64,000 bases of DNA from Trichoplax sp. H2 (Eukaryota): the NCBI GenBank assembly GCA_003344405.1, contig NOWV01000203.1, positions 1-64,000 of the forward strand, given 5' to 3'. The translations under genes and the position numbers were made by a program. Under the pieces are notes generated by a model. That model was not told the origin of the DNA, did not search any database, and saw nothing but the letters and a program-made list of their open reading frames with translations. Within the stretch, counting starts at the first letter, position 1; each line of letters starts with the position of its first letter. Shown one piece after another: positions 38,560 to 51,619 of this stretch.

Positions 38560-39845
38560 GACGAGACCTATTCCAAATTTTGAAAATTAGGAAAAAAAAG
38601 ATGGATGATTTCATTTAGCTCTTCCATCAGGCTTCATCTACTACTTGAGTCTGTCGGAGTTTATTTCAAACTTTGAAAAAAAGATCCGATGAGTTTGCCC
38701 TAGAGCTCATTTCATTTAGTCCATCTGATTAATCAGACTTACTGCATCATTGGAGTCTATCATAGTTTCAAATTTTGGAAAAAAGATGGAGAATGAGGGC
38801 CATAGTTGAACAGTAAGTTGAACCAATCAGTCTTACTATACTATTTGAGTCTATCACAATTTTATTCAAATTGGGAAAAAAGTGGGTAATGAGCGCCATA
38901 GTTGAACAGTAAGTTGAACCAATCAGCCTTACTCTACTATTTGAGTCTATCACAGTTTACACAAATTTCAAATTTGTGGAAAAAACGTATAATAAGCGCC
39001 ATGGTTCAACTTACTAGTAAGTTGAACCAATCGGCCTTACTATACTATTTTGAGTCTATCACAGTTTATACAAATTTCAAAGTTAGGGAAAAAACGGATA
39101 ATGAACGCCATGGTTCAACAGTAACTTGAAACATGCAGCCTTACTATACTATTTGAGTCTATCACAGTTGATGTCCATTTCAAATTTGGGGAAAAAATGG
39201 ATAATGAGCGCCATAGTTGAACAGTAAGTTGAACCAATCGGCCTTACTACACTATTTGAGTCTATCACAGTTGATCTAAATTGCAAATTGGGGGAAAAAA
39301 TGGATCATGAGCGCCATGGTTCAACAGTAAGTTGAACTATGGCGCCTTACTATACTATTTGAGTTTATCACAGTTTATACAAATTTCAAAGTTAGGGAAA
39401 AAACGGATAATGAGCGCCATGGTTCAACAGTAACTTGAAACATGTAGCCTTACTATACTATTTTGAGTCTATCACAGTTGATGTCCATTTCAAATTTGGG
39501 GAAGAAATGGATAATGAGCGCCATTTAGTTCAACAGTAAGTTGCACCTATCGGCCTTACTATACTATTTAAGTCTGTCACAGTGGTTCCAAATTTCAAAA
39601 TGAAGATGAATGCGTAACATGGTTCGATAGTAAGCTTGTCCTGTGATATATCATCCGAAAGCTAATTTCATTTAGTCCGTCAATTAGGCTTATTACACTA
39701 TTTTAGTCTATCACAGTTGATCTGAATTTCAAATTTTGCAAAAAAGATTAATGAGTAACATGGTTCGACAGTCAATTTGTCCCGTGATGTGTCATGCTAA
39801 GCTAATTTCATTTCGTCTCCCAAATCAGGCTTACTGCACTATTTT
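38560..39845. repeat. Tandem array R2, ~102-104 bp unit
   Basis: Unit ggataatgagcgccat(g/a)gtt(c/g)aacagtaagttgaaccaatcggccttactatactatttgagtctatcacagtt...aaatttcaaattggg; gagtctatcacag-like anchors at ~38943, 39053, 39156, 39258, 39361, 39465. Confidence 0.95.
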
Positions 39846-40334
39846 AGCATCAAGTGTGATGGCCTTCATGTTTTTCTAGCAGAAAATGAGAGGGAAATAG
39901 TATTGGTTCATGCAAGGACTAAATTGGTTTTTGCTAATTGGGAAAGATTGGAGTCAAACATGGGAGAAATGGAAAAACCAGTTCTGATGACGAGGGCTAA
40001 ATAGCAACAAGACCTTTTTGCTTGTCAAGCTTGCAATTCAATTTGTACTTTGCAACTTTCAAATCACCCCTACCCTGTCTTGCTGTCTTGTTGATGGATT
40101 TATTAGCATGCAAAAAGAGACTAGACTCAAAACAACTTTGTCGTGGGAAAAAAGGAAAAAGCCAGGATTAAAATAACAGCCCCTAAAATAACAGTCATAA
40201 TCCAAGTTTTTGCAGTCTAATTGAAATGGGTTCAAGTTAAATTTCTTCCTATTCGCTGTTGTATTCCCTTTTTGCCATGGAGATGGAATCAATATGACAT
40301 TATCCAATTGAATTATCATTCTGTTTGCTGATGC

Positions 40335-40354
40335 NNNNNNNNNNNNNNNNNNNN
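40335..40354. other. Assembly gap (20 N) with duplicated flanks
   Basis: N run; sequence 39.2-40.33 kb is repeated at 40.36-41.55 kb. Confidence 0.97.
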
Positions 40355-40900
40355 AGTTGAACAGTAAGTTGAACCAATCAGCCTTACTATACTATTTGAG
40401 TCTATCACAGTTTACACAAATTTCAAATTGGGGGAAAAAATGGATAATGAGCACCATGGTTCTACAGTAAGTTGAAACATGTAGCCTTACTATACTATTT
40501 GATTCTATCACAGTTGATGTCAATTTCAAATTTGGGGAAGAAATGGATAATGAGCGCCATTTGGTTCAACAGTAAGTTGCACCTATCGGCCTTACTATAT
40601 TATTTAAGTCTGTCACAGTTGATCCAAATTTCAAATTGAAGATTAATGAGTAACATGGTTCGATAGTAAGCTTGTCCTGTGATATATCATCCGAAAGCTA
40701 ATTTCATTTAGCCCTTCAATTAGGCTTATTAAACTATTTTAGTCTATCACAGTTGATCTGAATTTCAAATTTTGCACAAAAGATCAATGAGTAACATGGT
40801 TCGACAGTCAATTTGTCCCGTGATGTGCCATCCTAAGCTAATTTCATTTCGTCTCCCAAATCAGACTTACTGCACTATTTTAAAACGATGACAGTTTATA
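40355..40900. repeat. Second block of array R2 after the gap
   Basis: Same unit and same terminal degenerate units as 39.2-39.85 kb. Confidence 0.92.
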
Positions 40901-42118
40901 CAATTAAAGTCCCACTGGCGTTGATGGTAATTATGTTCACTTGAACGATAATGCGGCTCGAAATGGATGAATACAATGTGGAAGTAGCAATTCAGCATGA
41001 TTTATTTTGAAAGGTAGATAGGAAAATAAGTGATTTTGAGCGGATGTCGGTTATATAGCACCAAGTGTGATGGCCTTCATGTTTTTCTAGCAGAAAATGA
41101 GAGGGAAATAGTATTGGTTCATGCAAGGACTAAATTGGTTTTTGCTAATTGGGAAAGATTGGAGTCAAACATGGGAGAAATGGAAAAACCAGTTCTGATG
41201 ACGAGGGCTAAATAGCAACAAGACCTTTTTGCTTGTCAAGCTAGCAATTCAATTTGTACTTTGCTTGCTTAAAATTTGCAAGTTTCAAATCACCCCTACC
41301 CTGTCTTGTTGATCGATTTATTAGCATGCAAAAAGAGACTAGACTCAAAACAACTTTGTCGTCGGAAAAAAGGAAAAAGCGACGATTAAAATACAGCCCC
41401 TAAAATAACAGTCATAATCCAAGTTTTTGCAGTGTAATTGAAATGGGTTCAAGTTAAATTTCTTCCTATTCGCTGTTGTATTCCCTTTTTGCCATGGAGA
41501 TGGAATCAATATGACATTATCCAATTGAATTATCATTCTGTTTGCTGATGCAAAAATTAATTCAATTGGTCACTGTATTCTTATTACAAGCTGCACAGAT
41601 TGAACCTGAAAAATAACAATCTTGTTAAAACATAAATCAATTACAATATTGGCGTCTTTTGTTATCGATGTTGCAGTAAATTACTTTTTCGACATGCAAG
41701 TTAATGAGGGAGCCTTGAATAATTAATGCAATTACAGGTTCAACATAGATACAACGCTTGGTGAATTGGTCCATTGGCTTGATATTCAACTGATTTCTTG
41801 CCTTTATTTGTATCAATCAATCGTCATTTCTCTCCATTTTGCATCGAGCCAATACAAGCAGAAATCGTCTAATTCATTTCAGATCAACATTTCCTACTTT
41901 TGTCCATGCATATTGTTGTGGCAATCGAAATCAATCCTTACTTTATTCCTTTTACAAGTATTTTATAACGTTGGCCATTGGAGATTGTTTACAACTCAAT
42001 TTTGAAAGCAAGGTAAATGAAAGAGTAGTTACTGTAAAATTGTAAAAAATTTAACCGTAGCAAAGCTTTTGCTAATCCTTCTTGGGAAGTTTCCAACACT
42101 TCCAGTGCTTAGAATGAT

Positions 42119-42769
42119 CTATCTTGTCCACACCAATTCATCATTCCCTTGGACAATGAATTCGGTTCGTTGTTGATTCCATGTATCATTTTTTTTTTTT
42201 GGGGGGGGGGAAGGAGTTATTTCAACTCGCATACCAACGGTGGATAACATCCGATAGACGATATAGCAGCATGCCAGTAAAGTATCCTTGCTGACATGGA
42301 ACTGCTTGAACAATCGATTGCACTGTAGTCTAACAAGGAATAAGAATATGGCAGAATGGAGATAGATTGATCTTGTTCTCCTTCTCTAATAAGAATACAG
42401 TAAAAAGGGCAATCGTCTTGTGGCAATCCTAATGCAAATTTGGCTTTGTTTTTATTAATCGCGTCCATCCACTCCTTTACTCTATACAATAACGTGGTCA
42501 ATCATGAAATAATTCGTTCTATAAATTCAAATCTTTCTCCTCGATTGACCAGTATAAGACGCATAAAATGGGAAAGAAATTCAAATTAGGCTTTGATCGA
42601 TACCATTCCCACTTGATGTTGTTGTTGTAGCCAAGGTAAAAGTCGATCCACCATCGTTGCCAACCACTGGACTGACGTAAAATGGTCGTCCACAGCAACG
42701 TAAAACATGATTAGCCATTGCATTCTGGTATCGCAGCAACTTGATCAATATTGTTATGCAATGGTTCAT
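42119..42769 (-). pseudogene. Decayed intronless ORF of unknown family
   Basis: Three adjacent or overlapping minus-strand ORF pieces (42581-42769, 42217-42501, 42119-42313) that read like one frameshifted gene. Confidence 0.35.
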
Positions 42770-43614
42770 TTTATTTTGACTGCGATGGATATCATGTTGA
42801 TAGCATGGTAGCGAATCTTTTCATTGCCTTGCTATCCAATATAGAATGATCGAATACGCGTTTAATGAGTTGGATAATATCAACTAGGGTTGTGAAATTA
42901 GGGTACGCGCTTTTCATGCGGTAGTCGTCTAGGGATAAGATGAACGGATCTTTCCATTGCCCCTCCATCCAATTTAACCATGATGTGCTTTTCCCTTTTT
43001 TATGAAGACACTCTATCTTAACGTGTTATATCCTACTGTTTCTTGGTTGAAGGATCTTTTCATCATCTTGCTTTGCTATGCATAAGTGATGGGCTTGATT
43101 GCCTTGTTGTTAATAGAGAGCCATAGGCTGCATCATAGTGTTTGTAATCATTTCAATTTTATTGAATGGTGTCCTATCTCAAGTTGAAAAGTCTCCATCG
43201 ATATCCTACTGTTCATCAATCTCATAATCTTCCTTTGCCATGCCTCAAGAATATGCTTGATTGGCGTCTTGTCAATAAGATCCATGACAACCTTGCTCAA
43301 AGGGGATAAAACTGTTCAAGTTAAATTATGGCTCACTGAGATAGGATGTTGGTGTTGCTGTACAACAACACCAACACTCTTTCAACGCTAATTTATGTTG
43401 AGTAATGCAATTCCATTTATTTTTGCATTGACTTGACAACCGCTATCTCTTCTCCCCATGATCCTGACTGATCGAGAAGTGCTTCACGACGTCATCTATC
43501 CTATCTCCATCCCTTGGATAGAGTCCTAACTTTGTGTACGCCTTTCAAATGGTCACTTTGGCAACGTTAATTGCCTAGTGATAAGACCATCATTAAAAAG
43601 AAACACTTGGTCTT

Positions 43615-44322
43615 TCAGCCATCAGCGGCAAGACCTTTGAATTCGGCTTTTGCCCAATTTCCATTGGTAGAGTTGAAATACCCGTGTACACATCGATAGA
43701 CTCGTTTATCGAGCAGGATTACATTGGCAAATGATTTAGTGATTACAAAGATTGAAACTATCGGAGATGATATTGGTTTGAATTGGTTGAGCAAGCGGTT
43801 CCGATTTTTGATTCCCTCCTTGCGTCTAGTAGAGATTGGAGAATAGAGCCTTGATCTTGTCCAATGGGAAAATGTGGTTATGCCCATCAAGCTGACAACA
43901 GGTTTGTGTGTCCATGATGATCAACTATCGTTGTCTATCCTTACTTGATTAGGCTACACAGTTAAAGAGTCTAGCTTGAGCTCCATAGAGCATGGGTAAA
44001 ATGGTGGAAGGGATTTTGAACGGGCTTGCAAGATTTCATTGAGCGCTTTGAAGGGTTGGCTATCCTCGATAGCGCTACGCTCCCTATCTACAGTAGACGC
44101 ATTGAGTATATTAGCAAGACGAGACGTGACTAATCTGCCATTAGTACAGTTTACTCGTCCATGGACAAGAAAGAGATTGCATTTCTTGTACTCTATGTAC
44201 GCCTATATCCTTGGCACAACGTGAGCGATCATCGAGTTGATTCCATCACCCGAATATCGGCGATAGCGCTGCCATTTTGATTGGCAGCGGTTCGCAGTAA
44301 TATTGGAGTATGATTTGCTCAT
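43615..44322 (-). pseudogene. Decayed intronless ORF of unknown family (~236 codons)
   Basis: One frame from ATG 44322 (MSKSYSNITANRCQSKWQRY...) to the stop at 43615 with only three internal stops. Confidence 0.45.
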
Positions 44323-44409
44323 TTGTACAACCTTCTAGTTGCAATCACAGAAAATAGTAGAAGCGATTGTTGGACTAATAGCGTGCCTATAGAATATACA
44401 CTACGACAA

Positions 44410-45480
44410 AGATGGACTTTTTTTCCATACCGAAGTCTTTGCTAGAAGGGATAACGATACGCTCTCTCTTCAGCGCAAAAATAACCTCCATCTAAAATAT
44501 ATTTATACAGTACACTATTAGTCTTTTCCATACCTAGACTGGAAGGTAGAAGGGATAAAGATACGCTCTCTCTTTAGCGCAAAAATAACCTCCATCTATT
44601 TTATATCATTATATACAGTGCACTATTAGTCTTTTCCATACCTAGAGTCGATGGTAGAAGGGATAAAGATACGCTCTCTCTTCAGCGCAAAAATAACCTC
44701 CATCTAAAATATATTTATACAGTACACTATTAGTCTTTTCCATACCTAGACTGGAAGGTAGAAGGGATAAAGATACGCTCTCTCTTTAGCGCAAAAATAA
44801 CCTCCATCTATTTTATATATACTGTATATTCAGTACACTATTAGTCTTTTTCATACCTAGACTGGAAGGTAGAAGGGATAAAGATACGCTCTCTCTTCAG
44901 CGCAAAAATAACCTCCATCTATTTTATATCATTATGTACAGTGCACCATTAGTCTTTTCCATACCTAGAATCGATGGTAGAAGGAATAAAGATACGCTCT
45001 CTCTTCAGCGCAAAAATAACCTCCATCTATTTTATATATACTGTATATTCAGTACACTATTAGTCTTTTCCATACCTAGACTCGATGGTAGAAGGGATAA
45101 AGATACGCTCTCTCTTCAGTGCAAAATGTTGATAGTCGTCAATTAGCTAGAATTCCTACAGTATCCCATTCTCGCCCATGTGCCATCTGGAGATGGTTGC
45201 AATTCGGATAGTCTTGGCCTCTATTCCATGTACAGAAAATAGCATAAGCGATCGTTGGGCTAATAACCTGCATCGATCATGGATACTACGACAAGCATGG
45301 ACTTTTCCATACCTAGAGTCCATGCTAGAAGGGATAAAGATACGCTATCTCTCTTCAGCGCAAAAATAACCCTCATCGATAATCTACTGTACAGCACACT
45401 AATCCAAGCATGGACTATTGCATACCCAGAGTCTACGGTAGAAGGGATAAAGATACGTTCTCTCTTCAGCGTAAAATGAT
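44410..45480. repeat. Tandem array R3, ~104-111 bp unit (7 + 2 units)
   Basis: Unit cttttccatacctaga....ggtagaagggataaagatacgctctctctt(c/t)agcgcaaaaataacctccatcta...cagtacactattagt. Confidence 0.95.
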
Positions 45481-45644
45481 GATCATGGTGAATTAGCTAG
45501 AATCCTGCAGTATCCCATCGACGGATTCGTTGACGAGAACAGTACTATCCCTCTAGGCCCCAGAATGGAGATGGTCTACAATCATTTGACAATTGTTAGC
45601 AGAGTCAATATGTTGCTCTTTTCTTCCTCCATTTCGTGGAGGGC

Positions 45645-46208
45645 TTACGCTGCGCCACCAAATGGATGGTATACCATCCTAGACGGTGAAATCAATCTGA
45701 TCGAATTGTACTTGTTGAACAAGCACAACGACTCCAACTCCTGTTGTACAGTAGAGTCTATCGAAGACATGATGGCACAACGTGGAATCCACTGGAGAAA
45801 AATCTTGCTGGCTCCACTCGACAGGCAATACAGCAAGAAGAGGAGCCTGGAGACGAAAGCGCTCTCGAGCGCATTGATGACTGTCCATTGGTTAGGATAA
45901 CGATTAATTAAGGTGATTGAAATGACAAAATGGCAATCCTATTGACCATTTGACCCCATCGACGATTTCATATAGTAGTACACTAATGCAAACTGCTCGA
46001 GATTACTCTACTGGGAAATGAAATCGGTAGGACTACTGTACAATATTGTACCGTCGACGACGACCTGGGCAATAAATGTACAAAGTGGTGGCGGCGGCAT
46101 GTTTTCCATGCCGATGAAAAGAAATGACGCCAAAATGGTTGGATAAAAATGCAGATCAACATGGATTTTGGGCCAATATAGTTGAGGAATAATGACAGTA
46201 TCGCGCAA
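45645..46208 (-). pseudogene. Decayed intronless ORF of unknown family (~188 codons)
   Basis: ORF-track pieces 46008-46208 and 45645-45836 share a frame; read-through has only two internal stops (...FISQ*SNLEQFALVYYY...GQ*DCHFVISITLINRYPNQWTVINALESAFVSRLL...). Confidence 0.45.
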
Positions 46209-46419
46209 AGGGTAGAGAGGAGGCTGTTGATTGATAGGTTATTCTCTTCCTTTTGCCATTGCATAACGACCATTTGGTTGTTTAATTAGCAACAGCAGTC
46301 CAGATGGATTGCAAGCGCAGACTCCCTACTGCGTTGATGGTGATCAGCGACCTATAAAGCAAGCCAGATGGAAGGGCGGCATCAACTATTTACAACCGCT
46401 CCACCCAAATCAATTTGTT

Positions 46420-47010
46420 GCTTAACCAAGGCTCAATCATTCAATGACTACTGGCCTCCATCGATGGCATGCAGTTTCCTACAAGTATACCGTATGCCAA
46501 ATACTGTTTTAAACTGAACTACATTATGGTTGAATAGCTTGAATAAGGAGAAACGGCATGCTTTACAATCATTCGATAGTAGCACCAACGCAAAAGGTGA
46601 GGAAATGCAGTAGTTCCCCCAGGCTCAATCATTCAAGGACTACTGGCCTCCCATGGATGGCATACAACTTCCTATAAGTACCGTATATTCAATTCTGTTT
46701 GAATTGTAGTGAACTACATTATGGTTGAATGACTTGAGTAAGGGGAAACATGGAAGGGCATGCTTTACAATCATTCGATAGATAGTAACACCAAGGCAAA
46801 AGGTGAGGAAATGCAGTTGCTACTCAAGGCTCAATCATTCAATGACTATTGGCTTCCATGGATGGCATGCAGCTTCCTACAAGTGCTGTATACTCAATTC
46901 TGTTTGCATTCAAAGTTAACCTTAAATGACTTGAGGAAGGGGAAAGAAACCTGAAAGGGCATGCTTAGAATCATTCGATTAGTAACACCAAGGCAAAAGG
47001 TGGGAAAATA
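46420..47010. repeat. Tandem array R4, ~190-205 bp unit x3
   Basis: aggctcaatcattcaa.gacta.tggc.tcc.....atggcat at ~46429, 46621, 46827; gcatgct.t..aatcattcgat...caccaa.gcaaaaggtg also three times. Confidence 0.9.
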
Positions 47011-50000
47011 CCGTTGTGCGACAGTTTGTTGCCGTAGGGTGTGCAAATTATTTCAGGAATTTCTCGATTGGCTACCTCGGTTTCCTGTGGGTGCGTTAGC
47101 TAAGGCTTGCCAATGATACAGTCTGTCCTACAATATCGACGCCATCACTCTTGTTCAAAGTAGAAAGGCCATCCATCGTTCGACTAGCCTATGCAGGTAT
47201 CGTAGTTTTCATTTCCTGGATTGTTGCTATGCAAGTCTTGACGGCAAAATCATGTCGACCCATGCAATTCAATATGTGTTTTATCCACTTGAATCACATA
47301 TTAGTGTTTGAATGATGAAATTGAATTGTTTTGCATGCAGGATGTAAAGAAAAGTCTGTCTCGAACTGCATTAACGAAGCTGACGACTACAGCATGACTA
47401 AAGTACAAGAGGATGATTGATTGACGAGGGATGAGGAGAATTCTATCTTGACGCCATGCTTGCCCTAATGAGTGTGGGGAGGAGGAATAGGCCATAACAA
47501 GACAGCGGTAGTCCATCACTTTTAATCATTCTTGTCATCGCTTGCTTGAAAATTATTACGCAAGATTGGCTTGATCCTATTTTATTTGAAAAGCACCATC
47601 TTGGTCAATTGATTCTTTCAGTCTTGCTCCAGTGGAAAAGCTTGTCTTTTCCACTTGGGGGTTAGCGTTGAGTGTAGTCATCGATTGCCATGCCAAAATG
47701 GATTATTCTACATCCAATCCATCACTCCTAAGGTAAGATATTGAAATGGGTCAGCTATCATTGATGTTTGCAGGGCGACTTTGGAAAAGCGGATGGATGA
47801 GATATTTGAAAGAGTATTGAGTTGGATCCTTCTTCATGACAGAGGATGATTTTAGTAAAGGACTCTTTTTCAACGACGATGGCCAATGGAAAGCATTTTC
47901 ATCCATAGCCACATTCTTCTTCACGGTGAAAAATCTTCAAATCTAGATTGAACCTTGTTGAATGGATTATTTATCGGTAGTACACAGTCCAATATTCTTT
48001 CAAACCGTCAGTACAACATGGCTCTCTATTCTCTTGATGGCTGAGGAGGATTACATTTGATTTTACTGTATCGTCCAACCATGTTTGTTGAACGGATAAT
48101 AATAATTGATAGTGAGCCATGGTGGATGCTTTAGTCGATGGATGGCACAGGTTGGGTCTTTGCCAAAATGCGAGCAGTTCCATCGTGGAACGTACGCTGT
48201 TTAGAGCAGAAATCAAAGTTGGGGGTTTCGTTTTGACGACCAACAACCATCAACGCTCGTTGGATCCTCGTTCATTCCAGCATGATGATCCAATGCTATC
48301 CTAATTTCTATTTTTCTAACCCAAGACAATGTATGTCGGCTTTTCTTCCTTCTTCTTTTTTTGACGAATGCCATCCAAACCCTTTTCCAATCATCATGGA
48401 CATGGCAACGACTGTCATATTGAAGTAGTGCCATTTTTATTTTTTCCACGGAGTAGAAAGTTCAACGGCACACCATTTTGCAGTCATTTTAGAGTAAAGT
48501 AGTTTTTTATTCTTCATCCATCAACTTTCACCATTTTTACCAACCATCGTGGTGATAGCAACGACTGATTGACTGTAGAGTAGTTTTTATCCTTTTGACG
48601 GAGTAGGAAAGTTTTCACTCGATATCCAATGTCTAATGGACAATCACAGCGACTGAGTTGAAGTAGAGTAATTAAATTTTGATCCTTTGCTGTCTACTCC
48701 ATTGATCAACTCCGACATAATTCAAGGGTAAAATGAGATTGGTTGCGCCAATTTAGACTATGCTAACCAAATTATCACCCATGAATGTTATTCAAGGTTA
48801 AAAATAGCCACTATAGGTTCAAATAAAGGGCGAGACTATACTTTCAATGGAGTCAAGATGTTTGCCGGTATTTTTAACATGGATTCTACCCATGGGAGAG
48901 GATAGAGTCAAGATGATTTTCCAATCTTCTCCCTATCCATTTTTCCAACAGGATAGCGATACAATGGCTTGTCGATGATTTTGGAGAGGGGATTTCATCG
49001 CTCACTTTTCTTGTAATACCATTCTTTTTGTGGTCCTTTATTGGATATTCCAATAGATTGAATTGGTAACTTTAGATTGATTTATCGGCATCTTGCCGGT
49101 GGCTAGTCATTGTGGATTGTTCTGCAAACAGTAGTTCTGTTCTTCTTTGCTATGCAAGGGAAATCCTCCGTGTGTCGGTGCGGAAGAGAACTCCATTTCT
49201 CTTCGGATGATGAATCTTCAATCCACGCTTGCCGATGGGACGAGTGATTTTTTTTTTTCCATGATTGGATTGAATTAGAATGGAGATAATTTCTTTTCAT
49301 TATGGCTTCATGAATCAATTTGTAGTGAATGCAGTGGTTGTCCAATTTTATTCCAGTGATGAGAAAGTTCAACAGAGCAATCACGATAGGCAATTTATCA
49401 AAGATGGGCAATACGATGGGTTGTAAGCTAACGCTAAAAAACTCCTGCTTACCAAGGTTGATCTTATTGGATTGCCATGTTGTTTAAATTGAAAACAAGT
49501 AAATGAGTTAGAGAAGGAGAATTTGTACAAGTTATTTCACATCACACGGTTAAAATCAGACTTCTAGCTCTCAGTTGAACGTAAGTTACGATCTGTTTTT
49601 ACCCTTTGCTTCCCGTTATTAACCCTCTACAACAGACTGCCGTTAGAAAAGCATTTCTACGCTTGAAATGAGTGGCGGGTTTGCCTTTCTAATCCACTCC
49701 AACAGACTTTTTTTTCCAGGCGATAGACTCGATTGAACATGGTAGAAAGGGTTGAATTGAAACCAAACCAATAGGGGATAGTTTGCTCTGGCAAGAGTAC
49801 AATCCTTATGTTACATCGACCATCTTGTTTTGTTTTCGCTTAACCGCAATAATATTGTACGGCTAACTGGATTATTGCAAACTCATTCAGTGAAGTGATT
49901 TTAAGCTTATGGTGATGCTGTATTATTTGCATTAATGTCGGATAGTTTTTCAATCACCATGTTCCATGCTCGATGATCCTTGTATGGTAGTGTAAACTCA

Positions 50001-50184
50001 TTTAACGTTTGAACCTTTTTTCCATTCCTTGATTATTAACTATTAGGTGAAGATTATTACAAGCAAGACTGATTTCAACAAGACACCGATGAACTTTCCT
50101 TTCCATTCCGTATTTTAAAGTTCAATAAGGTAAGTCATGATAAACTAAGAATGCCACCCATGAGGGTAGAAAGCAACTTGATTG

Positions 50185-50830
50185 ACGATGCCTACACATG
50201 CTATGACAAGAGAGGATTCAACACGGATTGAGTAAAGTAGTCTTGCTATTGCTCTTCTTTAACGATATCCTACGCTTGTAGTCGATATGGATACTCTTCT
50301 TTTCATTCAATGTCTACACATGCTTGACTACGCTAGAGGAAGAGAGGATTGAATACCTTATTGATCAAGTAGAATATGGATACTCTAAAGTTAATTCAAT
50401 GCCTACACATGTTGGACTACGTGATAATAATCGTTCCTATAGCAAGGGAGGATTGGAAATGAATGGAGTGGAATAGTCTTACTATTCTTTCTCAATATCC
50501 TCCGCTTGTAGTCCATCTTGAAGTTGATTCAATGCCAACACATACTTGACTACGCTAGAGGAAGAGAGGATTGAAAACCGATGCAGTAAAATAGTCTAAC
50601 TGTTCTTCATTTCAATATCTTCCACATGCAGTCAATATAAATACTCGTTAAATTGATTTAATGCCTACACATACTTGACAATGCTAGAGCATTAGAGTAT
50701 TGGAAAATTGATGGAGTAGAATAATCTTGCTGTTCCTCCTTTTCAATATCCTACGCAAAATTCATGCAGTGCCTACACACATGCTAGACTATGCTAAAGC
50801 AAGACAAAGTTCAACACCATGAAGATCAAG
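50185..50830. repeat. Degenerate tandem array R5, ~90-130 bp unit x6
   Basis: tg(c/t)ctacacat.cttgacta.gctagag...gaggattg...agtagaata.tctt recurs at ~50189, 50310, 50400, 50532, 50661, 50771. Confidence 0.85.
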
Positions 50831-51619
50831 TAGAATAGTCTCTCTCTCAACAAGGATACTCTTTGTCATGATAGCAAGAATAGGCAGTACCCTTTTTCTT
50901 GCAATTTATCCTTCATTTTACACGCTTTAAAGTGTCTACTGCCTTCTGCTCCACTTTGAAAAGTCAGTAAATCTGTCTGAAAACGCCATGCGAGACATCA
51001 TTAGTTACTGTAGTATTATTACTCGATAAAATATAGCCTGCTGTCAATATTTATGGATAGATGAACAAGAGTCTATGCATCAAAATGACCGGACTATTCC
51101 TCTCATAAAATTGGTCTTCTTCAACATCAACTTTTAAGGTTGATCAATCATGACTCATGACAGTCTGTCACCTTGAAGATGCCCATTTTGAACAGCATTC
51201 GTTGCTGTCGCCTTAATCGATAAAATGAGCTTTCATCATGAGAATCAGTTAAAATCACACCACCATTCCTATCCAAATGGAGTACGCCATCCTCAACCTA
51301 TCCTATCCTCTACTAGGCAACGAAACGAGCATATGAAATGTTATTTCTGTCCATTCCATTGGATACTCTGGATTAAGTAGGGGCTTCATGGGAGAAAGAG
51401 TCTATGATGAAGACATGGACGGTCTAATGGGACTATTCTGCACCTGTAGACGATGGTTTACCATCATGTCTGACCGTTCTATGCAATCTTTGGGAATAGA
51501 GTAGCGCCTATATCTCATCGTCAATAAAATTGGCATCCAATATAGCACACCGTTCTATAACTGCATAGGTCCAGAATGATTTCCTTCCACTCATTTGTAT
51601 TTAGTGGGGCTTACACGTC

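Noticed and set aside
38768..45479. ORFs lying inside arrays R2 and R3 (38768, 38902, 44934, 45178, 45279)
   Set aside because: Translations of satellite units; the frames break between units
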